From Candidatus Cloacimonadales bacterium (GTDB taxonomy: Bacteria > Cloacimonadota > Cloacimonadia > Cloacimonadales > JAFGVF01): 64,000 nucleotides of DNA. Below the pieces are notes generated by a model. The model was given only the letters and a program-made list of their open reading frames with translations. It was not told where the DNA came from and ran no database searches. The position numbers were made by a program, and so were the translations under genes. Every line of letters starts with the position of its first letter. Within the stretch, counting starts at the first letter, position 1. The DNA lies in the NCBI GenBank assembly GCA_963678315.1, contig OY782781.1:736001-800000 (forward strand). The letters are read 5' to 3'. Shown piece after piece: positions 30,297 to 40,439 of this stretch.

Positions 30297-31475
30297 ATGA
30301 AAGAAAAATATCAAAAAATTATAGATTTCATCCGCTCAATCTACAAAACAGAGGACTTTCTCCCTCTTCATGAACCAAGGTTCTGGGGAAATGAGAAGAA
30401 GTATCTAAACGAATGTATTGATTCTACCTTTGTGTCTTCTGTAGGAAAATTTGTAGATAGAATAGAAGCGGATGTTGCAAAATATACTGGAGCTAAAAAA
30501 GCAGTTGCAGTGGTAAACGGTACAGCAGCTTTACATATTGCTCTTAAGCTAGTAGGAGTTGATGAAACTTGTGAAGTTATTACTCAACCTCTTACTTTTA
30601 TCGCTACAGCAAATGCAATTTCATATTGTAAAGCAGAGCCTATATTTGTAGATGTAGATAAGGATACGTTAGGAATGTCTCCTAAATATTTAGAGACATT
30701 TTTACAAGAAAATACAGTATTAGTCCATGATAAAAAACAATGCCTAAATAAATTAACCAATAAGATTATTAAAGCTTGCGTACCAATGCATACCTTTGGT
30801 CATCCATGCAAGATAGATGAAATTGTTGAAATATGTGACAGATATTATATCACCGTGGTAGAAGATTCTGCAGAATCTATAGGTAGCTATTATAAAGGGC
30901 AACATACAGGTACTTTTGGAAAACTAGGAGTATTAAGCTTTAATGGCAACAAAACTATCACTTCTGGTGGTGGTGGTATGGTTATTACTGACGATGAAGA
31001 TTTAGCAAAGAAAGCCAAATATATTACAACTACGGCAAAAATCCCTCATAAATGGGAGTATAGGCATGATATGATAGGATATAATTACCGGATGCCCAAT
31101 ATTAATGCAGCCCTAGCCTGTGCTCAATTAGAGCAATTGGACGGCTTTGTTGAGAAGAAAAGAGCTTTGGCTCAGAGATATAAAGAATTTTTCTCAAATC
31201 AACAAATCAACGAATCAACAAATCAACTAGAATTTTTTATAGAACCAAAAAATTCTTATTCAAATTACTGGCTTAATGCCCTAGTGCTAAAAGATAGAGA
31301 AGAAAGAGATAAGTTTTTAGAATATACTAATTCTAATGGAATAATGACAAGACCTATCTGGACTTTGATGAATAAATTAGAGATGTTTAAAGGTTGCTTC
31401 AAAGCAGACCTAAGTAATTCTGAGTGGCTTGAAGATAGAATAGTTAACATAACAAGTAGTGTGGTGATATTGTGA
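30297..31475 (+). CDS. legC: LegC-family aminotransferase (DegT/DnrJ/EryC1/StrS)
   Basis: LPLHEP, STFVSSVG, NGTAALH, EDSAES, SFNGNKTIT, GYNYRMPN. Confidence 0.85.
   Translation: MKEKYQKIIDFIRSIYKTEDFLPLHEPRFWGNEKKYLNECIDSTFVSSVGKFVDRIEADVAKYTGAKKAVAVVNGTAALHIALKLVGVDETCEVITQPLTFIATANAISYCKAEPIFVDVDKDTLGMSPKYLETFLQENTVLVHDKKQCLNKLTNKIIKACVPMHTFGHPCKIDEIVEICDRYYITVVEDSAESIGSYYKGQHTGTFGKLGVLSFNGNKTITSGGGGMVITDDEDLAKKAKYITTTAKIPHKWEYRHDMIGYNYRMPNINAALACAQLEQLDGFVEKKRALAQRYKEFFSNQQINESTNQLEFFIEPKNSYSNYWLNALVLKDREERDKFLEYTNSNGIMTRPIWTLMNKLEMFKGCFKADLSNSEWLEDRIVNITSSVVIL
31197..31228 (+). repeat. Four tandem 8-mers AATCAAC(A/G/T) inside legC
   Basis: AATCAACA AATCAACG AATCAACA AATCAACT. Confidence 0.85.
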
Positions 31476-32542
31476 CAACTTCAGTTTTTGGTGGAGAGCA
31501 CTACTTTACTTTTTCTGACCTAATCTCAAAAAAGAAATTTAATATTGATAGCTTTCTTAAAGAAAAATATCCATTGAAAAATTATACCTTTACGGGGGGA
31601 GGGTATTATTCACTGTATAAAATTATAGAGAATATTAAGTTTGCTAAAGATGATGAAATTTTGTTTCCATCGTATTTATGCCCTACTATACTAATTCCAT
31701 TTAAGAGATGTAATGTAAAATATAGTTTTTACAACGTAAATCAGAATCTAAAAATCGATATTAATGATATAAAAAAAAAGGTTACTAGTAAAACTAAAGC
31801 CATTTTTTTTATTAACTATTTTGGTTTTAAGCATACTGTTGACTTTTATAACTTGATTTCTGAGTTAAAATCTGATGGGATTATAATTATAGAGGATTTG
31901 GTTCAGAGTTTTTTTTCTAATCATGAGATTGTTGGAGATTATGCTTTTAATAGTTTTAGAAAATTTCTACCTGTAGATGGTAGTGTGATTATTTCTAATG
32001 ATCCAATCAAAAATGAGATTAATAGGCATACAACAAGATATAATATTTATAAAGGAATTGGGCAGGTTTTAAGAAGTTTGACCTTGAGATTCAAATTTCT
32101 GGATTTCACTAAACAATTTTTATCGCTTTTTGCTAAAGCAAACAAAGAGTACTATAAATACACTTCAGTTGGAATGAATTTTTTTAACAGATATCTATTG
32201 TCTAGGCAAAACATAGAGTCAATGGTTAAAAATAGAAGAGAGCTTTTCATAAAGATTTGTGAAGAGTTAGAATTTAACTATATATCTCCAATATTAGATA
32301 AGGATGTCATTCCATTAGGAATCCCTATAGTTCTAAATAATAGAAATGTAGGGCACAAAGTACTAATGGATAGAAATATTTTTTGTCCAATTCACTGGGA
32401 TTTACAGCATGTAGACGAAATAAAATGTATGGATTCAAAACAATTATCTAGAAGTATATTAACTTTACCTTTATCTGCAAAAATTACTGAACAAACAGAA
32501 TTTATAAATCGATTGAGAGAGTGTTATGGAAATATATCTTAG
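31472..32542 (+). CDS. Divergent DegT/DnrJ-like PLP-dependent protein
   Basis: PSYLC, FINYFG, IIED.VQS, SFRK, PIHW, LTLP. Confidence 0.72.
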   Translation: MTTSVFGGEHYFTFSDLISKKKFNIDSFLKEKYPLKNYTFTGGGYYSLYKIIENIKFAKDDEILFPSYLCPTILIPFKRCNVKYSFYNVNQNLKIDINDIKKKVTSKTKAIFFINYFGFKHTVDFYNLISELKSDGIIIIEDLVQSFFSNHEIVGDYAFNSFRKFLPVDGSVIISNDPIKNEINRHTTRYNIYKGIGQVLRSLTLRFKFLDFTKQFLSLFAKANKEYYKYTSVGMNFFNRYLLSRQNIESMVKNRRELFIKICEELEFNYISPILDKDVIPLGIPIVLNNRNVGHKVLMDRNIFCPIHWDLQHVDEIKCMDSKQLSRSILTLPLSAKITEQTEFINRLRECYGNIS

Positions 32543-33050
32543 AGCATTACAAACAGAAGATTATGTAATTTCATGCAAATGGAGAAATGACCGAATGGTA
32601 ACCGACAATCTTGGTGGTAACACATACTATGTTTCTCCCGAAAATGAATTAAACTGGATAAAAAATGCTATTGCAAATGATAGAATAAATCTTCATTTAG
32701 CTATTTGTATAAAGAACAATGACCTGTATATAGGAAATGTTAACCTTACCAATATTGATTATCTAAACAGGTCAGCAGAATTTTCAATTTTTATTGGAGA
32801 AAAAAAATACCATGGTCATGGTATTGCTACTAAGGCATCAAAAGAAATAATTAAATTTGGTTTTAAAGAGAGGAATCTTAACAGAATTTATTTGACAGTA
32901 CTCGAAGAGAACAAAAAAGCACAGGGTTTATATCATAAATTAGGATTTAAGATCGAAGGTGTTTTGAGAGATTCTGTTTACAAGAATGGAGCATACCATA
33001 ACTTAGTTCAAATGTCAATATTGAAAAAGGAATATGATGATAAAATATAA
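32526..33050 (+). CDS. GNAT N-acetyltransferase (RimJ/RimL, PseH-like)
   Basis: AEFSIFIGE..HGHGIA, NLNRIYL, LYHKLGFKIEG. Confidence 0.85.
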   Translation: MEIYLRALQTEDYVISCKWRNDRMVTDNLGGNTYYVSPENELNWIKNAIANDRINLHLAICIKNNDLYIGNVNLTNIDYLNRSAEFSIFIGEKKYHGHGIATKASKEIIKFGFKERNLNRIYLTVLEENKKAQGLYHKLGFKIEGVLRDSVYKNGAYHNLVQMSILKKEYDDKI

Positions 33051-34098
33051 AATATACACTTTAAAAGAGGCATTTGAATGGAGTAAAAAACTAAAATCAC
33101 TCCCTATAGATCAACAAGATATTTATTTTTCGCCAGAATACTATTCTTTGAATGATAGCAGAGGTCATGGTTTAGCAAAGTGCTTCTGTTATGAAAAAGA
33201 TGGAAATCTAGCTTTATATCCGTTTATCATTAACTCTGTAAATAAACTCGGATACAATTTACCGAAAGATTATTTTGATATCCAAGGGGCTTACGGATAT
33301 AATGGTGTTGCATCAAATTGTTATGAAAAAAATTTCATTATTGATTTCTTTAATGAATTTGATAATTATTGTATAAAAAATAATGTCATTGCAGAATTTG
33401 TTAGATTTAACCCATATCTCAAGAATAACTCTTTTGTTAGTAATCATAATGTAATATTACAAAATAAAAATATAATTCTAGATCTAAAGTGTGATGATAT
33501 TTGGATGAAAGAATATTCGAAAGCTACTAGGAAAAATATAAAAAAAGCAAAAAGAAATAATCTATATGTACAATATTTCAATGGTCAGGACATAACAAAA
33601 GATATGATAAAAGAATTTCATTCTATCTATATTGAAACTATGGAAAGAAATTTAGCCGCAAAATTTTATTATTTTGATGAAAGCTTTTTTCAAAATTTAG
33701 CTAAAATATTAAGGGAAAAATGTGCATTTTTTTTTACCTTAAAAGATGGGATTTATATATCGTGTGAATTAATTCTGTATAATTCATTTTTAGGTTATTC
33801 ATTTTTAGGGGGAACAAAAAATGATTATTACGAATTTAGGCCAAATGATATTTTAAAACATTCAATAATCAACTATTTAAAAGAAATAGGTTTGAATTAT
33901 TTTTGTTTTGGAGGAGGAAACAAACCAGATGACGGTATTTTTAACTACAAAAAGAAATTTGCAAAAAATGGAGTTTATGATTTTTATATAGGGAAAAAAA
34001 TTCATAATGAGGTAATTTATAATGATGTTATTAGACAATGGAATACTCGAAATATACATTTAACTAACAATAAGTTATTAAGGTACAGGGATATCTAA
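33034..34098 (+). CDS. GNAT/FemAB-like transferase, paralog of 18140-19198
   Basis: QQDIYFSPEYY, DIQGAYGYNG, EFVRFNP, FYIGKKIH. Confidence 0.78.
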   Translation: MMIKYKIYTLKEAFEWSKKLKSLPIDQQDIYFSPEYYSLNDSRGHGLAKCFCYEKDGNLALYPFIINSVNKLGYNLPKDYFDIQGAYGYNGVASNCYEKNFIIDFFNEFDNYCIKNNVIAEFVRFNPYLKNNSFVSNHNVILQNKNIILDLKCDDIWMKEYSKATRKNIKKAKRNNLYVQYFNGQDITKDMIKEFHSIYIETMERNLAAKFYYFDESFFQNLAKILREKCAFFFTLKDGIYISCELILYNSFLGYSFLGGTKNDYYEFRPNDILKHSIINYLKEIGLNYFCFGGGNKPDDGIFNYKKKFAKNGVYDFYIGKKIHNEVIYNDVIRQWNTRNIHLTNNKLLRYRDI

Positions 34099-35207
34099 TG
34101 AAGATACTTTATATTCGTAAAGAGAATGATGTTTTGCTGAAATCTTTTATAAACAATTATGAAAATAACAATACTGTATCATTATTAGATGCTAAAAATT
34201 TTTCATACCATAAAAAGGTTAATTTAATCCATGTAAAAAGTGTACATAAAATAAAAAATAAATATATCTCTTATATTGCACGATATGTTTATTCATTAAT
34301 TTTTTTAGTTACTAATTATGAAAAATATGATGTAATTCATATTCTAAACCTCAAAAGAGAAAACTACTGGATGATTCCATTTCTGAAAAAGAGGTCTAAG
34401 AAGATTATTGTATCAATATATGGGAGGTCTACATATCTCACCAAGACAAAACAAAAACTATTTAGTAAAATATATAAGCATTGTGATCTGATAACTGCTA
34501 CAAGCACAAAAGTGTATAGAGAATTTTTAAAATATAATCCTCATGTTAGTAAAGAAAACATAAAGTTAGTGTCATTGCCTATTGATTTCTATAGTGGAAT
34601 AAGGTACATTACTAATCTTTCAAAAAGAAATGACTTATGTAGGTTACTTAATTTAGACGAAAATAAAGTAAATATTCTTTGTTGCTCAACATCAGCTAGT
34701 TATGATCAGCATGACAAGGTTATTGAACAAGTAAAAAAAATTAGAAATAAAAAAAATGTTCAGTTAATATTTTTACTTACCTATGGATCGAGCTTGGAGG
34801 AAACGGCTATATTGGTGGAAAAAATTAAAAGCTCATTAAGTAATTTATTTTCTATAAAAATATTTGACTCATTTCTTTCTAATGATGATATCGTAAAAGT
34901 AAGAAGTATTGTAGATATAATGATAAATGTCAGAACTTCAGATCAGTTTGCAGGAGCTATGATTGAGGCAATTAGAGCCGGATCTTATCTCATAAATGGA
35001 GATTGGTTAAAGTATCCAAAACTTGAAGAGTTAGGAATTAAAAAAGAAACGACTACTCTTGATGATTTAGGGGAAACTATAGAGAAGGCGATATTAAACT
35101 TAGGAAGTTTTAGAAAGAACGATGCCCATAATAACTCAAGCAGAATTAATGAATTTTATAATATCGAAGAGATATTCAAGAAATGGGATTGTATATATTT
35201 TGAATAA
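34098..35207 (+). CDS. Probable glycosyltransferase (GT-B)
   Basis: 369 aa; DIMINVR.SDQFAGAMIEA; location in locus. Confidence 0.6.
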   Translation: MKILYIRKENDVLLKSFINNYENNNTVSLLDAKNFSYHKKVNLIHVKSVHKIKNKYISYIARYVYSLIFLVTNYEKYDVIHILNLKRENYWMIPFLKKRSKKIIVSIYGRSTYLTKTKQKLFSKIYKHCDLITATSTKVYREFLKYNPHVSKENIKLVSLPIDFYSGIRYITNLSKRNDLCRLLNLDENKVNILCCSTSASYDQHDKVIEQVKKIRNKKNVQLIFLLTYGSSLEETAILVEKIKSSLSNLFSIKIFDSFLSNDDIVKVRSIVDIMINVRTSDQFAGAMIEAIRAGSYLINGDWLKYPKLEELGIKKETTTLDDLGETIEKAILNLGSFRKNDAHNNSSRINEFYNIEEIFKKWDCIYFE

Positions 35208-35227
35208 CAATTTTTGAGGTAGAAAGG

Positions 35228-36571
35228 ATGAATATTATTAATGCTTTTTCTGAGAATGTTATTTTACCTCTCAGCGATTTAGCTACAGGATACAGAATTA
35301 GCAAAGATTTAAAATTTTTGTTAGCGAGCCAATGGTGGACAAAAGAGAAAATGAACGAGTACCAGAACATTCAGTTACAAAAATTATGTAATTATTGCTA
35401 TACTAATGTACAATATTATTATGAATTATTTTGTGATTTACATCTTAAACCAAAAAATATTGAGACAATTGACGATTTGAGAGATTTTCCAATACTCACA
35501 AAAGATATAATAAAAAAGAATATTGCTAATGGTAAATTAATATCAAAACTTGCAAAAAAAAGAGATATGATAAAATCAGGTTCTAGTGGCTCTACAGGAG
35601 AGCCTTTACAGTTTTATATATCAAATAAAAGTTATAGTATGAATATTGCTTGCAATCTTAGAGGTTGGAGTTGGATGGGGTATTCGCTAGGAGACAAGTA
35701 TATTAAGATTAGTCAGAATCCTAGGAAAGGAATTCTAAAAAAAACACAAGATATTTTGAACAACTGTATGTATATCTTTTCTCAACAACTAACTATAAGT
35801 GATATAAGAAGAATAGTCCAAACTATATGTAAAATCAGAAAAAAGATATATTTAAGAGGTTATCCATCAACATTATCCATTTTAGCTGAATATATTAAAG
35901 ATAGTAACATTATAGTTAACAATATTATCTCAATAAATACAACGGGCGAAATTCTTTTCCCTCATTTACGTATTCTAATTGAAAGTTCTTTTAATTGTAA
36001 GGTTTTCGATTCATATTCATGTGAAGGTGGGGCAACTTTTTTTGAATGCAAAGAACATGATCATTATCATATAGCTTCTGAATATGCCATAACAGAACTA
36101 CTAACAGATGATAACAATTTGATTGACAAAGAAGGACGAGGCGAAATAGTAACTACAGATTTACATAACTACATAGTTCCATTTATTAAATATAATACAA
36201 AAGATATTGCAACTATCAAAACTATAGATTGTAAATACGGTATTGGTCTACCTACTGCAACAAAAATTGATGGGCGGGATGTAGATATTATTAAAACTCC
36301 TCATGGAAAAAAAATAGTTGTTCATTATTTTACAGGATATTTTGAATGGATTGACAGTGTTGAAAAGTTTCAAATTATACAAAATCAATTAAACGAAATT
36401 ACATTAAAACTTGTACCAAATGATCGTATGACTGAAGATAAACTTAAAAAAATAACAAAAGAAGTTACACAACATATAGGCGATGGTGTGCATGTATACA
36501 CCATACTTGTTAACGAAATTCCATTAAATAAAAAAAACGGGAAAAGAAGATTCGTAATTAGTAATCTTTAA
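35228..36571 (+). CDS. Phenylacetate-CoA ligase-like / CapK-family adenylate-forming enzyme
   Basis: SSGSTGEP, GYPS, TTGE, DSYSCEG, TDLHN..PFIKY, IDGR. Confidence 0.85.
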   Translation: MNIINAFSENVILPLSDLATGYRISKDLKFLLASQWWTKEKMNEYQNIQLQKLCNYCYTNVQYYYELFCDLHLKPKNIETIDDLRDFPILTKDIIKKNIANGKLISKLAKKRDMIKSGSSGSTGEPLQFYISNKSYSMNIACNLRGWSWMGYSLGDKYIKISQNPRKGILKKTQDILNNCMYIFSQQLTISDIRRIVQTICKIRKKIYLRGYPSTLSILAEYIKDSNIIVNNIISINTTGEILFPHLRILIESSFNCKVFDSYSCEGGATFFECKEHDHYHIASEYAITELLTDDNNLIDKEGRGEIVTTDLHNYIVPFIKYNTKDIATIKTIDCKYGIGLPTATKIDGRDVDIIKTPHGKKIVVHYFTGYFEWIDSVEKFQIIQNQLNEITLKLVPNDRMTEDKLKKITKEVTQHIGDGVHVYTILVNEIPLNKKNGKRRFVISNL

Positions 36572-36578
36572 GTGTATT

Positions 36579-37748
36579 ATGAAAATAATTGAATTAATAA
36601 AAAAACATGACCAATATAGGAAAAACTGCATAAATCTTATGCCTTCAGAGAATTTTTTAAGTTATGATTCCCGATATGCTCTTCAATCTGATTTAGGTAG
36701 AAGATATTTCTTTCAAACAAATTACAAAATTTCAGAGAATGCAACATATAGTTACAGAGGTAGTAAATATATATCTGAAATATTAATAAGTTGTCAAAAA
36801 TTATCTATGGAGGTATTTAAGGCTGAATATGTATCTGTTTACCCAATATCTGGTCACTTAGCTAACATTGGAATACTCCTATCTCTGACCAAACCAGGTG
36901 ATACTATTGTTTGTCATTCTCCTGCTTTTGGAGGATATCCTGGATTAGATAAAAATACATTACCAAAATATTTAAACCTGAACGTTGAATATTTTCCAAT
37001 GGACAAAGAAATAATAGAAAATATTGATCTACTCGAAACTGAGCAAATTCTTGAAAAAATTAAACCCAAAGTAGTTATATTCAGTTCTGCAAATACTCTT
37101 TTTTCTCCTCCGATAAAAGAGTTAAAAAGAATATGCAAAAAGAATGGTGTCATTTTAGTATATGACGGTTCTCATCCTTTAGGTTTAATAGCGGGTGGTA
37201 AGTTTGCACATCCATTAGATGATGGTGCTGATATTTTAGTAGGTGGAACTCAAAAATCATTTCCGGGACCTCAAGGGGCTATTATTGCTACGAACTCAAT
37301 GATCAAGGATATAAAAAATGTTGAACAATTTGTTATGGTTGATAACCCTCATTTTAATAGAATAGCCGCATTAGCAGTTAGTTTAGAGGAAATCAAAGTA
37401 GATGGAGAAGATTATGCTGAACAAGTAATAAAAAATACAAAAGCTTTAGCAAAAGAACTAGATAATAATGGTGTTAGAGTTAAATACCCCAAATTAGGCT
37501 ATTCTGATTCTCACATGCTTAAATTAGTTATTAATAAAAATTTTGAAGCTTATTGTAAAAAACTTGAAGATTTTAATATTATCATTGATGGGGCTGGGCG
37601 TATTGGTACAAATGAAATAACTAGGATTGGTATGAAAGAGAATGAAATGAGAGAAATTGGAAAAGTGATTGGGAAAATAATAAATAGTAAATGCGACAAT
37701 AGTGAAATCAAATTAAAAGTAATAAGCTTAGTTTCAAAGTTTTATTAA
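36579..37748 (+). CDS. Serine hydroxymethyltransferase-like PLP enzyme (atypical)
   Basis: INLMPSEN, SGHLAN, YDGSHPLGLIAGG, TQKSFPGPQG, RIGTNEITRIGM. Confidence 0.8.
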   Translation: MKIIELIKKHDQYRKNCINLMPSENFLSYDSRYALQSDLGRRYFFQTNYKISENATYSYRGSKYISEILISCQKLSMEVFKAEYVSVYPISGHLANIGILLSLTKPGDTIVCHSPAFGGYPGLDKNTLPKYLNLNVEYFPMDKEIIENIDLLETEQILEKIKPKVVIFSSANTLFSPPIKELKRICKKNGVILVYDGSHPLGLIAGGKFAHPLDDGADILVGGTQKSFPGPQGAIIATNSMIKDIKNVEQFVMVDNPHFNRIAALAVSLEEIKVDGEDYAEQVIKNTKALAKELDNNGVRVKYPKLGYSDSHMLKLVINKNFEAYCKKLEDFNIIIDGAGRIGTNEITRIGMKENEMREIGKVIGKIINSKCDNSEIKLKVISLVSKFY

Positions 37749-37759
37749 TAGGAATAACA

Positions 37760-38812
37760 TTGAAAATTTTAATAGACCTTAATCATCCAGCACAATTTCA
37801 TTTGTTCAAAAATACTATAAAAGTATTAAATAATACAGAACACAACGTTTTTGTGTTCGCTAAAACTAAAGATATTCTGACCAATCTTTTAGAAAGTGAG
37901 GGCATCAAATATCATAATAAAAAGAAAACTCGTAGAAAAAATACTAAAAAGGCAATGCTATTTAGTTTAATATCACAAGAGATCGGCTTATTTAAGTTTT
38001 GTATGCAAAATAGGCCTGATATTATGCTAGGTACCTCAATTGAAATCTGTCATATTGGTAAGCTTCTTAATATTCCAGCATATATTTTTAATGAGGATGA
38101 TGCTGAAGTTGTTCCTTTGGTTGCAAAACTAGCATATCCCTTCGCAAAGGGCATTGTAGCACCTAATGTTTGTTCAACTGGAAAATGGAATAAATCTAAA
38201 ATTGGTTATGAAGGATATCATGAATTAGCATACTTACACCCAAATATTTTTACTCCAAATTATGATTATGTAAAAAAATATTGTGGTACTGAACCTTATT
38301 TTATACTTAGATTTGCTAAACTTGAAGCTCATCATGATGAAGGTGCTTCTGGTATCACTGATGAATTAGCAGAAGAAATTATCAGTATTCTAGAGCCTTA
38401 TGGAAAAGTTTTTATCACTTCAGAACGCAGCTGTAATGCCAAGTTTAAAAAGTATCGAATAAATATTCCTACAATTTATATGCATGATGTTATGGCTTAT
38501 GCTCAAATGTACATTGGAGACAGCCAAACTATGGCAGCAGAGGCCGCTGTCTTGGGTGTTCCAGCATTAAGATTTAATAGTTTTGCGGGTAAGATTAGCT
38601 ATTTAGAAGAGCTAGAACATAAATATGGTTTAACATACGCATTCCTTCCAAACAATCAAAATTTCCTTATTAATAAAATAAAAGAAATAGTTACAAAAAC
38701 TAATATTAAAGATGAATGGAATGACAAGAAAAGTAAAATGCTATCTGAAAAAATTGAATTAACTAGTTTTATTATAGAATTAATTGAAAATGAACTTAAA
38801 GAGAAAATATAG
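37760..38812 (+). CDS. DUF354 domain protein (GT-B-like)
   Basis: DLNHPAQFHLFK, GYHELAYLHP, GDSQTMAAEAAVLGVP. Confidence 0.82.
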   Translation: MKILIDLNHPAQFHLFKNTIKVLNNTEHNVFVFAKTKDILTNLLESEGIKYHNKKKTRRKNTKKAMLFSLISQEIGLFKFCMQNRPDIMLGTSIEICHIGKLLNIPAYIFNEDDAEVVPLVAKLAYPFAKGIVAPNVCSTGKWNKSKIGYEGYHELAYLHPNIFTPNYDYVKKYCGTEPYFILRFAKLEAHHDEGASGITDELAEEIISILEPYGKVFITSERSCNAKFKKYRINIPTIYMHDVMAYAQMYIGDSQTMAAEAAVLGVPALRFNSFAGKISYLEELEHKYGLTYAFLPNNQNFLINKIKEIVTKTNIKDEWNDKKSKMLSEKIELTSFIIELIENELKEKI

Positions 38813-38817
38813 TTATT

Positions 38818-40422
38818 ATGAGAAAAAAGGTTTGGTATTTACTGTATTTACTTTTTGATATCGGCATTGTCCTGTTATCATTCGGACTTGTTGCTTGGTA
38901 CAAAAGTGGCACCAAACGGGTATTGATTGACTATGCTCAACCAGTACTTGGATTTACTGTTACTTGGATTCTTGCAGCATTTATGGGTAGTAAATATTCT
39001 ATCAAAAATAAACCTCGTCTGAAGAGTTTATGGATATCCATGTTCAAAAGTGATGCCATAGCTATGGCTGTAGTTTTTGGAGCAATAATAGTCTTTAATA
39101 GGTTTCAGTATTCTCGTATTGTGGTTTTTGGTACAATAGCACTAACTATTTTCCTAGAGCTTATATTCTTCACTCTAATGTACTATTCCTTTAAATTCCA
39201 CAAAGATAATCCATCTTTCGCAAGCACTTCTTTTATCACAAAATCTAAGAAGTTGGAAGAAGAAGGTTCAAATTATGAAATTGCTAAGATAGAGCATTCC
39301 GACAATGTTCCTATTAGCGATGATTTAGAATTTAGTTACTGTCTGGAATCAGATGCAAAAATCTCTTCAATTAAGCCTGATCTTCAAAACAAATACCTCA
39401 AAAATGAAGATAGTATTTATAGCTTTATCGATAAGCACCTAAAATTAGATTGTTTTTGTCAGAAGAAGTCTTTAATCCTGAACAGTGAAACCTATTATAA
39501 TATTGAGAATTATGATTCACATTCTCAAGCACTCTTTATAAATCTCCATAAAGTCAATGATTTCAGAAGAATCAATCAATATATTATCAAAGTTAATAAG
39601 AATCTTATTGATGGTGGTATTTTTATCGGCTGTGTAGAGACTAAAGCCCAGAGATATAGAAGATTTCAAGAAAAATATACTAAATTATTTGGTTCATTTT
39701 TTTATTCAATAGATTTCCTATTCACTAGAGTATTCCCCAAAATGGCTCTCTTACAAGGCTTGTATTTCGCAACTACTAAAGGAAAAAATAGATCTTTGAG
39801 TGAAACAGAAATGTTGGGAAGGTTATACTTTTGTGGATTTGAACTTCTTGCTAAGAGAGAGATTCATGGTATGAACTATTTCATAGCAAAGAAAATTAAG
39901 GAACCTTCTGAAGATAAGAATCCTTCTTACGGTCCAATTATTCGCTTAAGAAGAAAAGGCAAAAATGGGAAAATAATATATATAAATAAGTTTAGAACAA
40001 TGCACCCATATTCAGAATATCTACAAGAGTATGTTTATAATAATTGCAATCTTCAAGAAGGTGGAAAATTTAAGAACGACTTTAGGGTAACTAAGTGGGG
40101 AAGAGTTTTTAGAAAGCTTTGGATTGATGAATTACCGCAATTTATAAATTTGCTCAAAGGTGAACTGAACATTGTTGGTGTACGCGCCCTTAGCAATCAT
40201 TACTTTAGTTTGTACCCAAAACGTGTACAGGAGCTCAGGGTTATGGTGAAGCCAGGTCTTTTACCTCCATTTTATGCAGACATGCCAAAGACTCTTGATG
40301 AAATTATTGCATCAGAAGAGAAATATCTAAAACAAAAAATTGAAAGACCTATATGGACAGATTTTAAATATTTCTGGTTAGTAGCTTGGAATATTCTGGT
40401 TAAGAAAGAGAGAAGTAAATAA
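38818..40422 (+). CDS. Priming sugar transferase (polyprenyl-phosphate phosphoglycosyl transferase) with an extended middle domain
   Basis: N-terminal TMs; KFRTM, D.RVT..GR..RK..IDELPQ..N.LKGE...VG.R. Confidence 0.85.
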   Translation: MRKKVWYLLYLLFDIGIVLLSFGLVAWYKSGTKRVLIDYAQPVLGFTVTWILAAFMGSKYSIKNKPRLKSLWISMFKSDAIAMAVVFGAIIVFNRFQYSRIVVFGTIALTIFLELIFFTLMYYSFKFHKDNPSFASTSFITKSKKLEEEGSNYEIAKIEHSDNVPISDDLEFSYCLESDAKISSIKPDLQNKYLKNEDSIYSFIDKHLKLDCFCQKKSLILNSETYYNIENYDSHSQALFINLHKVNDFRRINQYIIKVNKNLIDGGIFIGCVETKAQRYRRFQEKYTKLFGSFFYSIDFLFTRVFPKMALLQGLYFATTKGKNRSLSETEMLGRLYFCGFELLAKREIHGMNYFIAKKIKEPSEDKNPSYGPIIRLRRKGKNGKIIYINKFRTMHPYSEYLQEYVYNNCNLQEGGKFKNDFRVTKWGRVFRKLWIDELPQFINLLKGELNIVGVRALSNHYFSLYPKRVQELRVMVKPGLLPPFYADMPKTLDEIIASEEKYLKQKIERPIWTDFKYFWLVAWNILVKKERSK

Positions 40423-40439
40423 AGGCGGAGCCTTTTTAA

